Of a DNA stretch of 64,000 nucleotides, positions 9,595 to 17,818 are shown piece by piece; the stretch's first letter is position 1; each line of letters begins with the position of its first letter. The stretch covers positions 71,207 through 135,206 of the forward strand of contig VMGC01000004.1 in NCBI GenBank assembly GCA_007376385.1. The letters run 5' to 3'. A program made the translations under genes and the position numbers. Below the pieces are notes generated by a model, which saw only the letters and a program-made list of their open reading frames with translations, did not search any database and was not told the DNA's origin. Source of the DNA: Parcubacteria group bacterium Gr01-1014_8 (lineage in GTDB: Bacteria; Patescibacteriota; Minisyncoccia; Phycocordibacterales; UBA2100).

Positions 9595-9957
9595 ATGCAG
9601 AGTATACCGGAGATGACTGGTAGTATCAAGGGCTACGTTGACAAGGGGACAGGGGAGTGGGGTATTCCAGTTATCGTCATTTTGGTAGGCATCGCCTCAT
9701 TTGGATTAGGACGATTGTCGACGCTTGAAGGCTCTACATCCGCAGTATCGGTCAGTTCTATCCCTATGCAGGCAGCTTCCGCATCGCTTGCGGTAGGAGG
9801 GCTTGTGGTGGCTTCAAGAACGGGCACTGCATATCATTACCCATGGTGTGCCGGCGCGACGACAATAAAGGAGAGTAATAAAGTGTGGTTCAAAGATGAG
9901 GAGGCAGCCAGAAAAGCAGGCTATACCCCTGCTAAAAACTGTAGGGGATTGAAATAG
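9595..9957 (+). CDS. membrane-anchored hypothetical protein with Ser/Ala-rich linker and small C-terminal Ada-N-terminal-like domain
   Basis: One N-terminal TM helix; low-complexity linker; C-terminal YHYPWC...SNKVWFKDEEAARKAGYTPAKNC resembles the Ada metal-binding fold (ENVxF...EAxAAGFRPCKRC) but has only 2 Cys. Confidence 0.45.
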   Translation: MQSIPEMTGSIKGYVDKGTGEWGIPVIVILVGIASFGLGRLSTLEGSTSAVSVSSIPMQAASASLAVGGLVVASRTGTAYHYPWCAGATTIKESNKVWFKDEEAARKAGYTPAKNCRGLK

Positions 9958-9984
9958 GAAACATAACGGGGGCAACTGTGCTTC

Positions 9985-10020
9985 GTACCATAATGGTGCC
10001 GGTCGGCACCATTATGGTAC
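9985..10020. repeat. perfect 16-bp-stem palindrome GTACCATAATGGTGCC-GGTC-GGCACCATTATGGTAC (terminator-like or protein-binding site)
   Basis: Read directly; lies 28 nt after the stop of 9595..9957; no U-tract follows. Confidence 0.7.
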
Positions 10021-10097
10021 GCATATAAATCAAAAGGAGACAGAAAATCCCCGAAACAAACACGACAGCTGGTATATCATGGGATATACTTATCGTC

Positions 10098-10700
10098 ATG
10101 TTGGTCGTCGATGTTGAAGCCTCGGGGACAGAGGCGCATACACACTCCATTGTGAGTGTTGGCGCACTGGACCTTTCAAACCCGACCAATCGTTTTTATG
10201 AAGAGTGCCGCGTATGGGACGGCGCGCACATCATGGATGAGGCGCTTGTCGTTAATGGTTTTACGCGAGAACAGATAATCGACCCAAAAAAGTTATCGGA
10301 AGCAGACCTTGTCCATAAATTTCTGCATTGGAGTGAAGATTTGACTAACCGCACTCTAGCTGGACAGAACGTGTCATTCGACAGAGATTTCTTAAAATAT
10401 GCATCGCAAAGGGCGGGGCATACGGATTGGCCATTCGCATATCGCACCATAGACACTCATACGCTCTGCTGGGCTCATATGGTGAATCGGGGATTGAAAC
10501 CGCCAATAGACCCGAAGCACCGGCGCTCTGCGCTCGATTTGGACGCTGTACTGAACTATTGCGGGATTCCGAACGAGCCAGAACCGCATAATGCTCTTAC
10601 GGGAGCGTTGTCGCATGGAGAAGTAATCTCAAGATTGTTGTATGGAAGGAAATTACTGCCAGAATTCACGCAGTTCGATATTCCGTGGAAAAAAGTGTAG
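10098..10700 (+). CDS. DEDDh-family 3'-5' exonuclease (DnaQ/RNase T-like)
   Basis: VVDVEASG (Exo I), HNALTGALSHGEV (Exo III with His). Confidence 0.75.
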   Translation: MLVVDVEASGTEAHTHSIVSVGALDLSNPTNRFYEECRVWDGAHIMDEALVVNGFTREQIIDPKKLSEADLVHKFLHWSEDLTNRTLAGQNVSFDRDFLKYASQRAGHTDWPFAYRTIDTHTLCWAHMVNRGLKPPIDPKHRRSALDLDAVLNYCGIPNEPEPHNALTGALSHGEVISRLLYGRKLLPEFTQFDIPWKKV

Positions 10701-10709
10701 AGGGTTTAT

Positions 10710-11306
10710 ATGACTGATAATGGAAACTTCGGCGGTCCAGATAAAAATCATACACCAGACGATACAAAACGAATGATTGAGGAGGCAGTCCGCAGAGCTC
10801 AAGAGCGACTGCAAAAGAATTTGCAGAGAACGGTGGATCAAGCTGGCGCAGACGTACGGAAGCAAGATGCAGAAGAGAAGGCTCGTACAGAAGAAACGCT
10901 AAAAGCACCCATTGAGGAGCGCGTTGCATATGCTGCAGGTGCCGTCATGAATTATTTTTATTTTACGATGGGTTTTCAACCGGACAAAGCAAAGAGGGCG
11001 CAGGATAGCGTGAGTCTTATTTCTGCAGCGATCACGACGGCACAGCGCGCGTCTGAAGATCTCTTCAAGACAAACCCGCAAGGATACAAAACGCCAGAGG
11101 AGCAAATTCAGCGCGTAACAGAGATGGAGGAGGTTATATCAAATACAGTTCTTAAATGGTACGAACGCGAGCGCGATACTCTTGTCGCAAGCGGTCACAA
11201 GCCGAAGGGGTATGCCAGTATGGAGGGGGCGTGGGCGACATTTGTAGAAGGCTATAGAGATTCCTTTAACACCTACGCGTTCCCGAAAACGAAGCCCTCG
11301 AAGTAG
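10710..11306 (+). CDS. hypothetical protein (charged, likely helical N-terminus)
   Basis: ORF only; no recognisable motif. Confidence 0.4.
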   Translation: MTDNGNFGGPDKNHTPDDTKRMIEEAVRRAQERLQKNLQRTVDQAGADVRKQDAEEKARTEETLKAPIEERVAYAAGAVMNYFYFTMGFQPDKAKRAQDSVSLISAAITTAQRASEDLFKTNPQGYKTPEEQIQRVTEMEEVISNTVLKWYERERDTLVASGHKPKGYASMEGAWATFVEGYRDSFNTYAFPKTKPSK

Positions 11307-11345
11307 CTAGACTAGCCAGAAACTTGTGGCACACTGTGCCTATAT

Positions 11346-12095
11346 ATGTTTGAACTACTCGCAGGCGTTGTTGTACTCATCGTGGTCGCGGTTCTTGTTT
11401 TGCGCCAGGTAAACCAATACGAAGGGGGAGTGATGTTCACCATGGGCAAATTTGTCGGCGTAAAAGCGCCGGGCTGGAGAATTGTCGTCCCGATATTTCA
11501 GCAGATGAAGAAAGTGGACATGCGCGTGAAAGCCGTGGACGTGCCAGAACAAAAGGCGATAACGAAAGACAATATCGCAGTCGGAGTAAATGCAGTCATC
11601 TATTATCGCGTGATAGACGCCGCGAAAGCAATACTCGAAGTCGAGAATTTTATTTATGCGATGAGCCAGCTAGCGCAGACAACGATGCGAAATGCGGTTG
11701 GTGAAGTCGAACTCGACGACCTGCTTTCCCAACGCGACAAAATTTCAGAACGCATAAGCAATGTCGTGGATAGCGCGAGCGAGTTATGGGGCATCAAAGT
11801 TTCGAACGTGGAGTTGAAAGATATTGCGCTCCCGGCCGATATGGAACGAACCATCGCAAAGCAAGCAGAGGCAGAACGTGAGAAGCGCGCCGTTATCATC
11901 AAGGCAGAAGGGGAGGTAATGGCGGCAGAGAATATGGCAAAAGCAGCCACTATGCTGGCTGCGGCCCCTGGGGCATTGCATTTGCGAACGCTCCAGTCCA
12001 TTAACGATATTTCATCTGACCAATCCAACACTGTTGTATTCGCAGTGCCGCTTGAAGTTTTGCGTGCGCTTGATGTGTTGGGCAAGAAATCATAA
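11346..12095 (+). CDS. SPFH/band-7 (stomatin-like) membrane protein
   Basis: N-terminal TM helix followed by a stomatin-like core (KDNIAVGVNAVIYYRVID...LSQRDKISERI...AEAEREKRAVIIKAEGE). Confidence 0.85.
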   Translation: MFELLAGVVVLIVVAVLVLRQVNQYEGGVMFTMGKFVGVKAPGWRIVVPIFQQMKKVDMRVKAVDVPEQKAITKDNIAVGVNAVIYYRVIDAAKAILEVENFIYAMSQLAQTTMRNAVGEVELDDLLSQRDKISERISNVVDSASELWGIKVSNVELKDIALPADMERTIAKQAEAEREKRAVIIKAEGEVMAAENMAKAATMLAAAPGALHLRTLQSINDISSDQSNTVVFAVPLEVLRALDVLGKKS

Positions 12096-12209
12096 GGGGG
12101 ATAGGATCTATCCCAATAATGGCAATGTCGCACAATATATCTTTTGCGACACGTAGCCTGGGCAAACGGCTGCCCTGGGGTCTCCCCCGGGTTCCGGTAT
12201 AATTTCGAG

Positions 12210-12848
12210 GTGACGTATGCCATACGTGTCAGAGACGTTCTTTCAACATCTGAACGTCGGATATTTTCCCGCCTCTCTTCCCCGCGGAAGCTTCAGGATT
12301 TCTTAGAATCTATTCCGATCAATTTTGAGCAAAAAGGAGAAACCAACCACTCCCCCGAAAACGTCCTAAAAACCGGGGAAGCCCATTGTTTTGAAGCGGC
12401 TGTATTTGCCGCCGCGGTACTTGCCTACCATGGCCGGAAGCCTCTCCTCATGGATTTTGCGACTGCATATGACGATGAAGACCATACAGTTGCCCTTTTT
12501 CGAGAAAGCGGCCTCTGGGGCGCGATCAGTAAGACAAACCATGCAGTACTACGCTACCGAGATGCTGTTTATAGGACTCCGCGCGAACTCGCACTGTCTT
12601 ATTTCCACGAATACTATATGTGGGATGGCAGAAAGTCTTTGCGCGCTTTTTCTAAGCCGTTTGACGTATCTCGCTATGCGCCTGAAAAATGGATAACGAC
12701 GGAAACGAGCCTAGACTGGCTCATGGATAGAATTTCCAAGTCTCCCTATTATGCGATGGCGCCGGAAAAAGCTCTTAAAAAGCTTCGACCTGCCTCGCCT
12801 ATCGAACTTCGTGCGCTGAAACTGACAGAATGGAAAAAGAAAGTCTAG
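12210..12848 (+). CDS. transglutaminase-like (cysteine-peptidase fold) protein; GTG start at 12210 preferred over the annotated upstream ATG (12144)
   Basis: GEAHCFEAAVFAAAVLAYHG...DEDHTVALF resembles the Cys/His/Asp core of the transglutaminase-like superfamily; a TATAAT box at 12198-12203 lies inside the longer ORF. Confidence 0.4.
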   Translation: MTYAIRVRDVLSTSERRIFSRLSSPRKLQDFLESIPINFEQKGETNHSPENVLKTGEAHCFEAAVFAAAVLAYHGRKPLLMDFATAYDDEDHTVALFRESGLWGAISKTNHAVLRYRDAVYRTPRELALSYFHEYYMWDGRKSLRAFSKPFDVSRYAPEKWITTETSLDWLMDRISKSPYYAMAPEKALKKLRPASPIELRALKLTEWKKKV

Positions 12849-14110
12849 AGATAATCCAATGGATTCAAATACCCTCCTACAGCTGAAACCGGAATGGTTG
12901 CCTTCCCACATGGAGTATTCGTACCAAGCTGGCGTACCTGCACCGCGTCAGAAGCATATACGGTGAAGTGCAAGTGCGGGCCGGTCGCATATCCCGTATT
13001 GCCAGAGTACCCTATCGCCTGCCCGGTAGAAACGGATTGTCCTTGACTCACATTTATTTGCGACAGGTGCGCATAGAGCGTCGTAAGTCCGTTGCCATGT
13101 TTTATCAGCACCCATTTTCCATATGAGTAACAACCTCTTACAGCGTCAGAATTGCCAGTTCCGATAACGTCTCCCGAAAGAGCGGTTTTTACAGGCGTAC
13201 CGATAGATGCACGAAAATCCACACCGTTGTGGCCTTTTCCGCTGTATGCTCCGCTGCGTGCGAAATCCGTATTTCCGAAGTTTTGCGTGATTGTCACGCT
13301 ATCCAGGGGCCAGCGCAGGATTCCCTTCCCGGATGGTGGCAAAAGCTTCGGGTTCAGTGTGTATTGGAGTTTTGATTCCAGTTCGTTCAGAGATTTCTCG
13401 AACGTTGCTTTGGCTGTACGTTTTGCTTCCAGAATTGCTTGGTAGTTTGCCTCTTGTGATTTTGTTTGCGCGAGAAGCGCGTTCTGCTCGCGTCTCGTCA
13501 CGTCCAAGGATTCCTGTTGCGAGGCCAACGTCTCCTTCTGACTGACAAGTTGCTGACGTTTTTTGTCAGATTCATCACGCGATACAGTCAGTTCTTCCTT
13601 GGCTGCCATCATTGAATCAATATGTTCGTTCACGGCATCCTGGAACGAACGGTTGGTCTCCAAGTCGTCCCACAGAGCGGATATAGAGTCGCTCGTAAGC
13701 ACTTGTTCAATAAGCGTCACGTTTTCTTGTTGATTCATGGACTGAATGGCCTGAGTCAAACCCTCTTCATCCCGATGTATCGCGGTCTCTTTATCAACGA
13801 TAGAACCGTCGAGCCGTTTGATCTCCAACTCTGTCGTAGCAATGTTTGCCTTAGTAACGTTTATCTTTGCGTTTAATTGTTTACGCTGAAGGTCAAGGAT
13901 AGAGACTGTATTTTGCAGTGTTTGTTTCTTCGCACCGACTTCCTGCAGCTGCTTTTCAAAAGCGGCAATTTCTCTGTTGAGTTGTTGAATGTGCGAATTT
14001 TGCGAATTTATCTGGTTCTGCAATTGATCGGCCGTTTGAGCAGACAACACGAAAGGCGTACTGGCAAGTACCGCCAGTGCAAGCATGAAGATACCGCCTC
14101 GTACGTGCAT
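12845..14110 (-). CDS. M23 (LytM) peptidoglycan DD-metalloendopeptidase with N-terminal signal peptide and long coiled coil (EnvC-like)
   Basis: C-terminal GHNGVDFRA...YGKWVLIKHGNGLTTLYAHL...GYSGNTGYATGPHLHFTVY (HxxxD / HxH M23 motifs); Q/E-rich heptad N-terminal half. Confidence 0.85.
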   Translation of the reverse strand: MHVRGGIFMLALAVLASTPFVLSAQTADQLQNQINSQNSHIQQLNREIAAFEKQLQEVGAKKQTLQNTVSILDLQRKQLNAKINVTKANIATTELEIKRLDGSIVDKETAIHRDEEGLTQAIQSMNQQENVTLIEQVLTSDSISALWDDLETNRSFQDAVNEHIDSMMAAKEELTVSRDESDKKRQQLVSQKETLASQQESLDVTRREQNALLAQTKSQEANYQAILEAKRTAKATFEKSLNELESKLQYTLNPKLLPPSGKGILRWPLDSVTITQNFGNTDFARSGAYSGKGHNGVDFRASIGTPVKTALSGDVIGTGNSDAVRGCYSYGKWVLIKHGNGLTTLYAHLSQINVSQGQSVSTGQAIGYSGNTGYATGPHLHFTVYASDAVQVRQLGTNTPCGKATIPVSAVGGYLNPLDYL

Positions 14111-14112
14111 AA

Positions 14113-15444
14113 TTACGAAAGAGAAGCTATGGCTTTGCTGACGCGCCGCACTGTCTCATCCTTACCGAGGATCGAAGCAACAAGAAAAGGGTCCGGTGAC
14201 TGTTCTTTGCCGGTAAGAGAGTATCGAAAAGGCCAAAGAACTGCTCCCCTTCCCTCTTTAGTGGCGTAGGGCCAAAGCGCATCTTTTATCGAGGATACGT
14301 CGAATACATTCAACGCTTCAAGCAGAGTCTTGATATCCCTAAGATGCTCGGCAGTTTTTGCGGCGCTGATCTTCTTCATTGGAATGAGATGTGCCTCTAC
14401 TGAGGGCTGAACGAAGAAATAGTCGTATTCGCCGTTCATTGATTGTTCGTGAATGTCGCTCCATACAGAAATTCGCTCGCGAACAAGCGGAATGATCTTT
14501 TTTGCAATGGATTCGTTCCAGTTCAAATGCGTAAGTGAATTTTCAAGCCACGACAGAGCCTCTGATGCGAACGCACTATCTGATAGTTTCAACATATATT
14601 CGCGATTGAACCATCGCAATTTCTCAACATCGAAGACTGCTCCGCTTTTGTGCAGATCTGATAGTTCGAATTCCTGTACCATCTCATCGAGCGACAATAC
14701 TTCCCTTCCTGACGGCGCAGTCCACCCCAGCGTCGCTAGGTAGTTCAAGAGCGCTTGGGGCAGATATCCCTTTTCCCTGTAATTCTTTACAGCAACGTCG
14801 CCCTTTCGCTTGGATAATTTTGCCCGGTCGAGGCTCAGGTGCAGAGGATAATGGGCGTACATGGGTCTTTTCGCGCCGAGTGCTTCTTGAATGAGAATTT
14901 GACGCGGCGTATTAGATATATGGTCCTCCCCTCTGATAACGTGCGTAATTCCCATAGCCGCATCGTCAACCACGACGGCAAGATGATACAGCGGGTCGTC
15001 CTTGGAGCGAGCGATGACAAAGTCTTTAAGCTCCGTTGTGTCAAACGATATATCGCCGCGTATGACATCAGTAAACGTGATAGTTTTGCCGGAATTCCGC
15101 AATCGAATAACGCTCACCATTGTACCGGGGTCCTTCTTACTCTCTTCGTCCGATACGTATGCTTTATCTTCATCAATAAGTTTTTCTATTTCAGCGCGAT
15201 ACACGTCGATCCTCTCGGATTGTCTATGAAATTCGTCCCATGAAAGCCCAAGCCACGTGAGCGAATCTTTGATGTCATCCTCGAATTCTCGGGTACTTCG
15301 TTCTTTGTCCGTATCCTCTGAGCGAAAAATGATGGTGCCATTGTTTTTTCGCGCAAACAAATAATTCACGATGGCCATACGCGCAGTACCTACGTGGCAG
15401 AACCCGGTCGGGCTCGGCGGAAATCTAACCCGCACGGAATTCAT
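14113..15444 (-). CDS. gltX: glutamyl-tRNA synthetase
   Basis: VRVRFPPSPTGFCHVGTARMAIVNYLFAR (HIGH region), KLSKRKG (KMSKS). Confidence 0.92.
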   Translation of the reverse strand: MNSVRVRFPPSPTGFCHVGTARMAIVNYLFARKNNGTIIFRSEDTDKERSTREFEDDIKDSLTWLGLSWDEFHRQSERIDVYRAEIEKLIDEDKAYVSDEESKKDPGTMVSVIRLRNSGKTITFTDVIRGDISFDTTELKDFVIARSKDDPLYHLAVVVDDAAMGITHVIRGEDHISNTPRQILIQEALGAKRPMYAHYPLHLSLDRAKLSKRKGDVAVKNYREKGYLPQALLNYLATLGWTAPSGREVLSLDEMVQEFELSDLHKSGAVFDVEKLRWFNREYMLKLSDSAFASEALSWLENSLTHLNWNESIAKKIIPLVRERISVWSDIHEQSMNGEYDYFFVQPSVEAHLIPMKKISAAKTAEHLRDIKTLLEALNVFDVSSIKDALWPYATKEGRGAVLWPFRYSLTGKEQSPDPFLVASILGKDETVRRVSKAIASLS

Positions 15445-15547
15445 ACCCCGTGAGAGAGATTACGCGAGCTTATGCAACAAACTCTCGGGATATTGAATTG
15501 AATGAATAGTATTGTCATATCTATTATTTTTTCTCTCATGGGGTCAT
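15443..15547. repeat. MITE/REP-like inverted-repeat unit (ATACCCCGTGAGAGAGA ... TTCTCTCATGGGGTCAT) filling the murG-gltX spacer
   Basis: Inverted arms read directly; left arm overlaps the gltX ATG, right arm overlaps the murG stop; same ACCCCRTGAGA core as units at 30712, 47342 and 48245. Confidence 0.7.
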
Positions 15548-16683
15548 AGCGGCTCGTGGGAGAGCGCGGTCTCGAGAAGAATGGTCGCAAGCTTCCCTCC
15601 CGCATCGGGTCGTGCAAATTGTGCGGCCGCGGCGGACATCTTCGCCCGAGTCATCTCATCGTTCATTACTCTGTCTATTTCTGCAGCAAGGAGATGCGGC
15701 GTCAAATTCTTTTGATCAACGACAACAGATGCTCCCGTTCTTGCATATGAGAACGCATTCTCCGTCTGATCATTTGAGATCTCCTTTGGGAGAGGAATAA
15801 TGATGCTCGGCAATTTCCACGATGCTATTTCAAAAATGGTGCCGGACCCCGCTCGGGCAACAACGAGCGATGCAATTCCCGCTGTCATTCGCAGAGCAAG
15901 CGTGTTTAGCAGTCCGAATGTACGGTAGCGTTCTTTGTACGGCGAATCTTTGAGGATGACGTTAGCTATCCCATTCAATTCTTCAAGATTAGATTTTCCG
16001 GTTTGGTGAACGACATTATATTTAGAGAGCAAGTCGGGGAGAGCGTTGAGTACGGCCTCATTTATTGCCTGTGCTCCCTGCGAGCCTCCCATGATAAAGA
16101 CTGTCGCTCGCGGCTGAAGTTTGAGAAATTCATATCCGCCCTCTTTCGTCGGATTCTCTATCTCTTTTCGTATCGGGTGTCCAATGAGAGCAATGCGCGA
16201 CTTCACTTTCGATGAATATTGCGCAACAGCTTCTGGATGAGCAACGGCGACCCATTTGGCGAATTTCGATGACCACAACGAGACTCGTCCGGGCTTTGCG
16301 TCTGCGTCGTATATGACAACCGGAATGTTTAAGGTGCGCGCTGCGTAGAGAGTCGGAAACGCCGCGTAACCGCCGGTAGAAAAGACGACATCAGGATAGA
16401 TTGAAAATAATTGGAAAATTGATTTGATTATGCCGACGAACGTCTTGAAAACGTCAAACACGTTAAGAATGCTCGGATATGTGCGCAACTTTCCTGCAGG
16501 CGAAGGCCGATAGGAAATATCATGCTCGACAAGCGCTGCGTCATCAAACGCAGGCGGACCAATGTAGAAAAATTCAGGCGAAACAAGCCGCCGCGCATCC
16601 ACGAGATCCTCAATGTGCTCCGCAACTGCAATGAGGGGATAAAAATGTCCGCCAGAGCCCCCTCCCGTGAAGACGATGCGCAT
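15544..16683 (-). CDS. murG: UDP-GlcNAc:lipid I GlcNAc transferase
   Basis: MRIVFTGGGSGGHFYPLIAV N-terminal G-loop; full-length collinearity with MurG. Confidence 0.92.
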   Translation of the reverse strand: MRIVFTGGGSGGHFYPLIAVAEHIEDLVDARRLVSPEFFYIGPPAFDDAALVEHDISYRPSPAGKLRTYPSILNVFDVFKTFVGIIKSIFQLFSIYPDVVFSTGGYAAFPTLYAARTLNIPVVIYDADAKPGRVSLWSSKFAKWVAVAHPEAVAQYSSKVKSRIALIGHPIRKEIENPTKEGGYEFLKLQPRATVFIMGGSQGAQAINEAVLNALPDLLSKYNVVHQTGKSNLEELNGIANVILKDSPYKERYRTFGLLNTLALRMTAGIASLVVARAGSGTIFEIASWKLPSIIIPLPKEISNDQTENAFSYARTGASVVVDQKNLTPHLLAAEIDRVMNDEMTRAKMSAAAAQFARPDAGGKLATILLETALSHEPL

Positions 16684-16722
16684 AGTGGCTTAAAGTTTAC
16701 CACGTTCCTCTCTCCTGAGGAC

Positions 16723-17817
16723 TTATTTCTTTGGCCTATATCTGGATATACCGAGCAAAATGCCGGCACTGCCCAGAGAGACAAGCATGGCAGAACCACC
16801 CTGACTTATAAACGTCAACGGAATCCCGGTTAACGGGGCAAGACCAAGCATTGAACCAATATTTATAAATGCCTCGCTGACGAAATATGTTGAAATGCCG
16901 ACGGCAGCAAGCGCTCCGAAATAATCAGGCGCACGAGCAGCTACCGCAAAACCGCGCAGGGCGAGTAGTAAAAATACTCCTATGATGGCGCTTCCGCCGA
17001 TAAAACCGATCTCCTCGGCCGCAACAGCAAATATTGAATCCCCCATCGGTTCAGGCAGATACGTAAATTTCTGAACGCTCTGGCCAAATCCGCGTCCAAA
17101 GACGCCGCCCGAACCTATCGCAATGAGGGACTGTTTTATTTGATAGCCTTCCGCGAGAGGATTTTCAGCGGGATTAATGAATGTCGTAACCCTATCGAGC
17201 ATGTACGGTCTTAGGTATGCAAGGCCCCCGAGCATGATGACGCCGATTGCGCCGATAATCGCGATATCACGTAATCGTGCGCCTGCCGCTACATATACTG
17301 CAAGTGCAGCGATACAGATGACGCCGAGCGTGCCTATATCGGGCTGTATGACAAGCAATAGAGTCGGCGGCGCAAGTATCGCCGCAAACGCGGCAAGACC
17401 TCGCCATGAACCGCTCTCCCCTCTCAATGTCGAGAAGTAGGAAGCAACCATAAGAATAGTCGCAATTTTAAGCGCTTCCGAAGGTTGAAACGTGAAGCCG
17501 AGTATCTCAATCCACCGTCTCCCGCCGCCGTGCATAAAGCCGACGTGCGGCACGAAAACGAGTGCCGTCAGCAACAGCGCACATCCATACAGATATGGCG
17601 CCCATACCCGCCATCTGCGATATTCAATGAACGTGGTAGCCGCGAGCGCTGCGAGACCAAGACTCACCCCAAGAACTAAGTGGTTAAAAACGACTGACGA
17701 AATGTGCGATGCTCCGCGTGCGAGAAGACCGAACGCCGCTGATATGAATACGCCAGCGCCGCCGACTACGAGTACAGCAATAATACTAGCGAGAGGTTTG
17801 TCGATATGTGCTTTCAT
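16723..17817 (-). CDS. ftsW: SEDS-family cell-division/elongation protein FtsW/RodA (start taken at internal Met 17817 abutting the upstream stop; ORF track extends to 18012)
   Basis: 10-TM profile; FTYLPEPMGDSIFAVAAEEIGFIGG conserved SEDS loop. Confidence 0.88.
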   Translation of the reverse strand: MKAHIDKPLASIIAVLVVGGAGVFISAAFGLLARGASHISSVVFNHLVLGVSLGLAALAATTFIEYRRWRVWAPYLYGCALLLTALVFVPHVGFMHGGGRRWIEILGFTFQPSEALKIATILMVASYFSTLRGESGSWRGLAAFAAILAPPTLLLVIQPDIGTLGVICIAALAVYVAAGARLRDIAIIGAIGVIMLGGLAYLRPYMLDRVTTFINPAENPLAEGYQIKQSLIAIGSGGVFGRGFGQSVQKFTYLPEPMGDSIFAVAAEEIGFIGGSAIIGVFLLLALRGFAVAARAPDYFGALAAVGISTYFVSEAFINIGSMLGLAPLTGIPLTFISQGGSAMLVSLGSAGILLGISRYRPKK

Positions 17818-17818
17818 G

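Noticed and set aside
12144-12209. Upstream ATG start for the transglutaminase-like gene
   Set aside because: It would place the TATAAT (12198-12203) promoter box inside the coding region; an in-frame GTG at 12210 is more plausible, but this is unverified.
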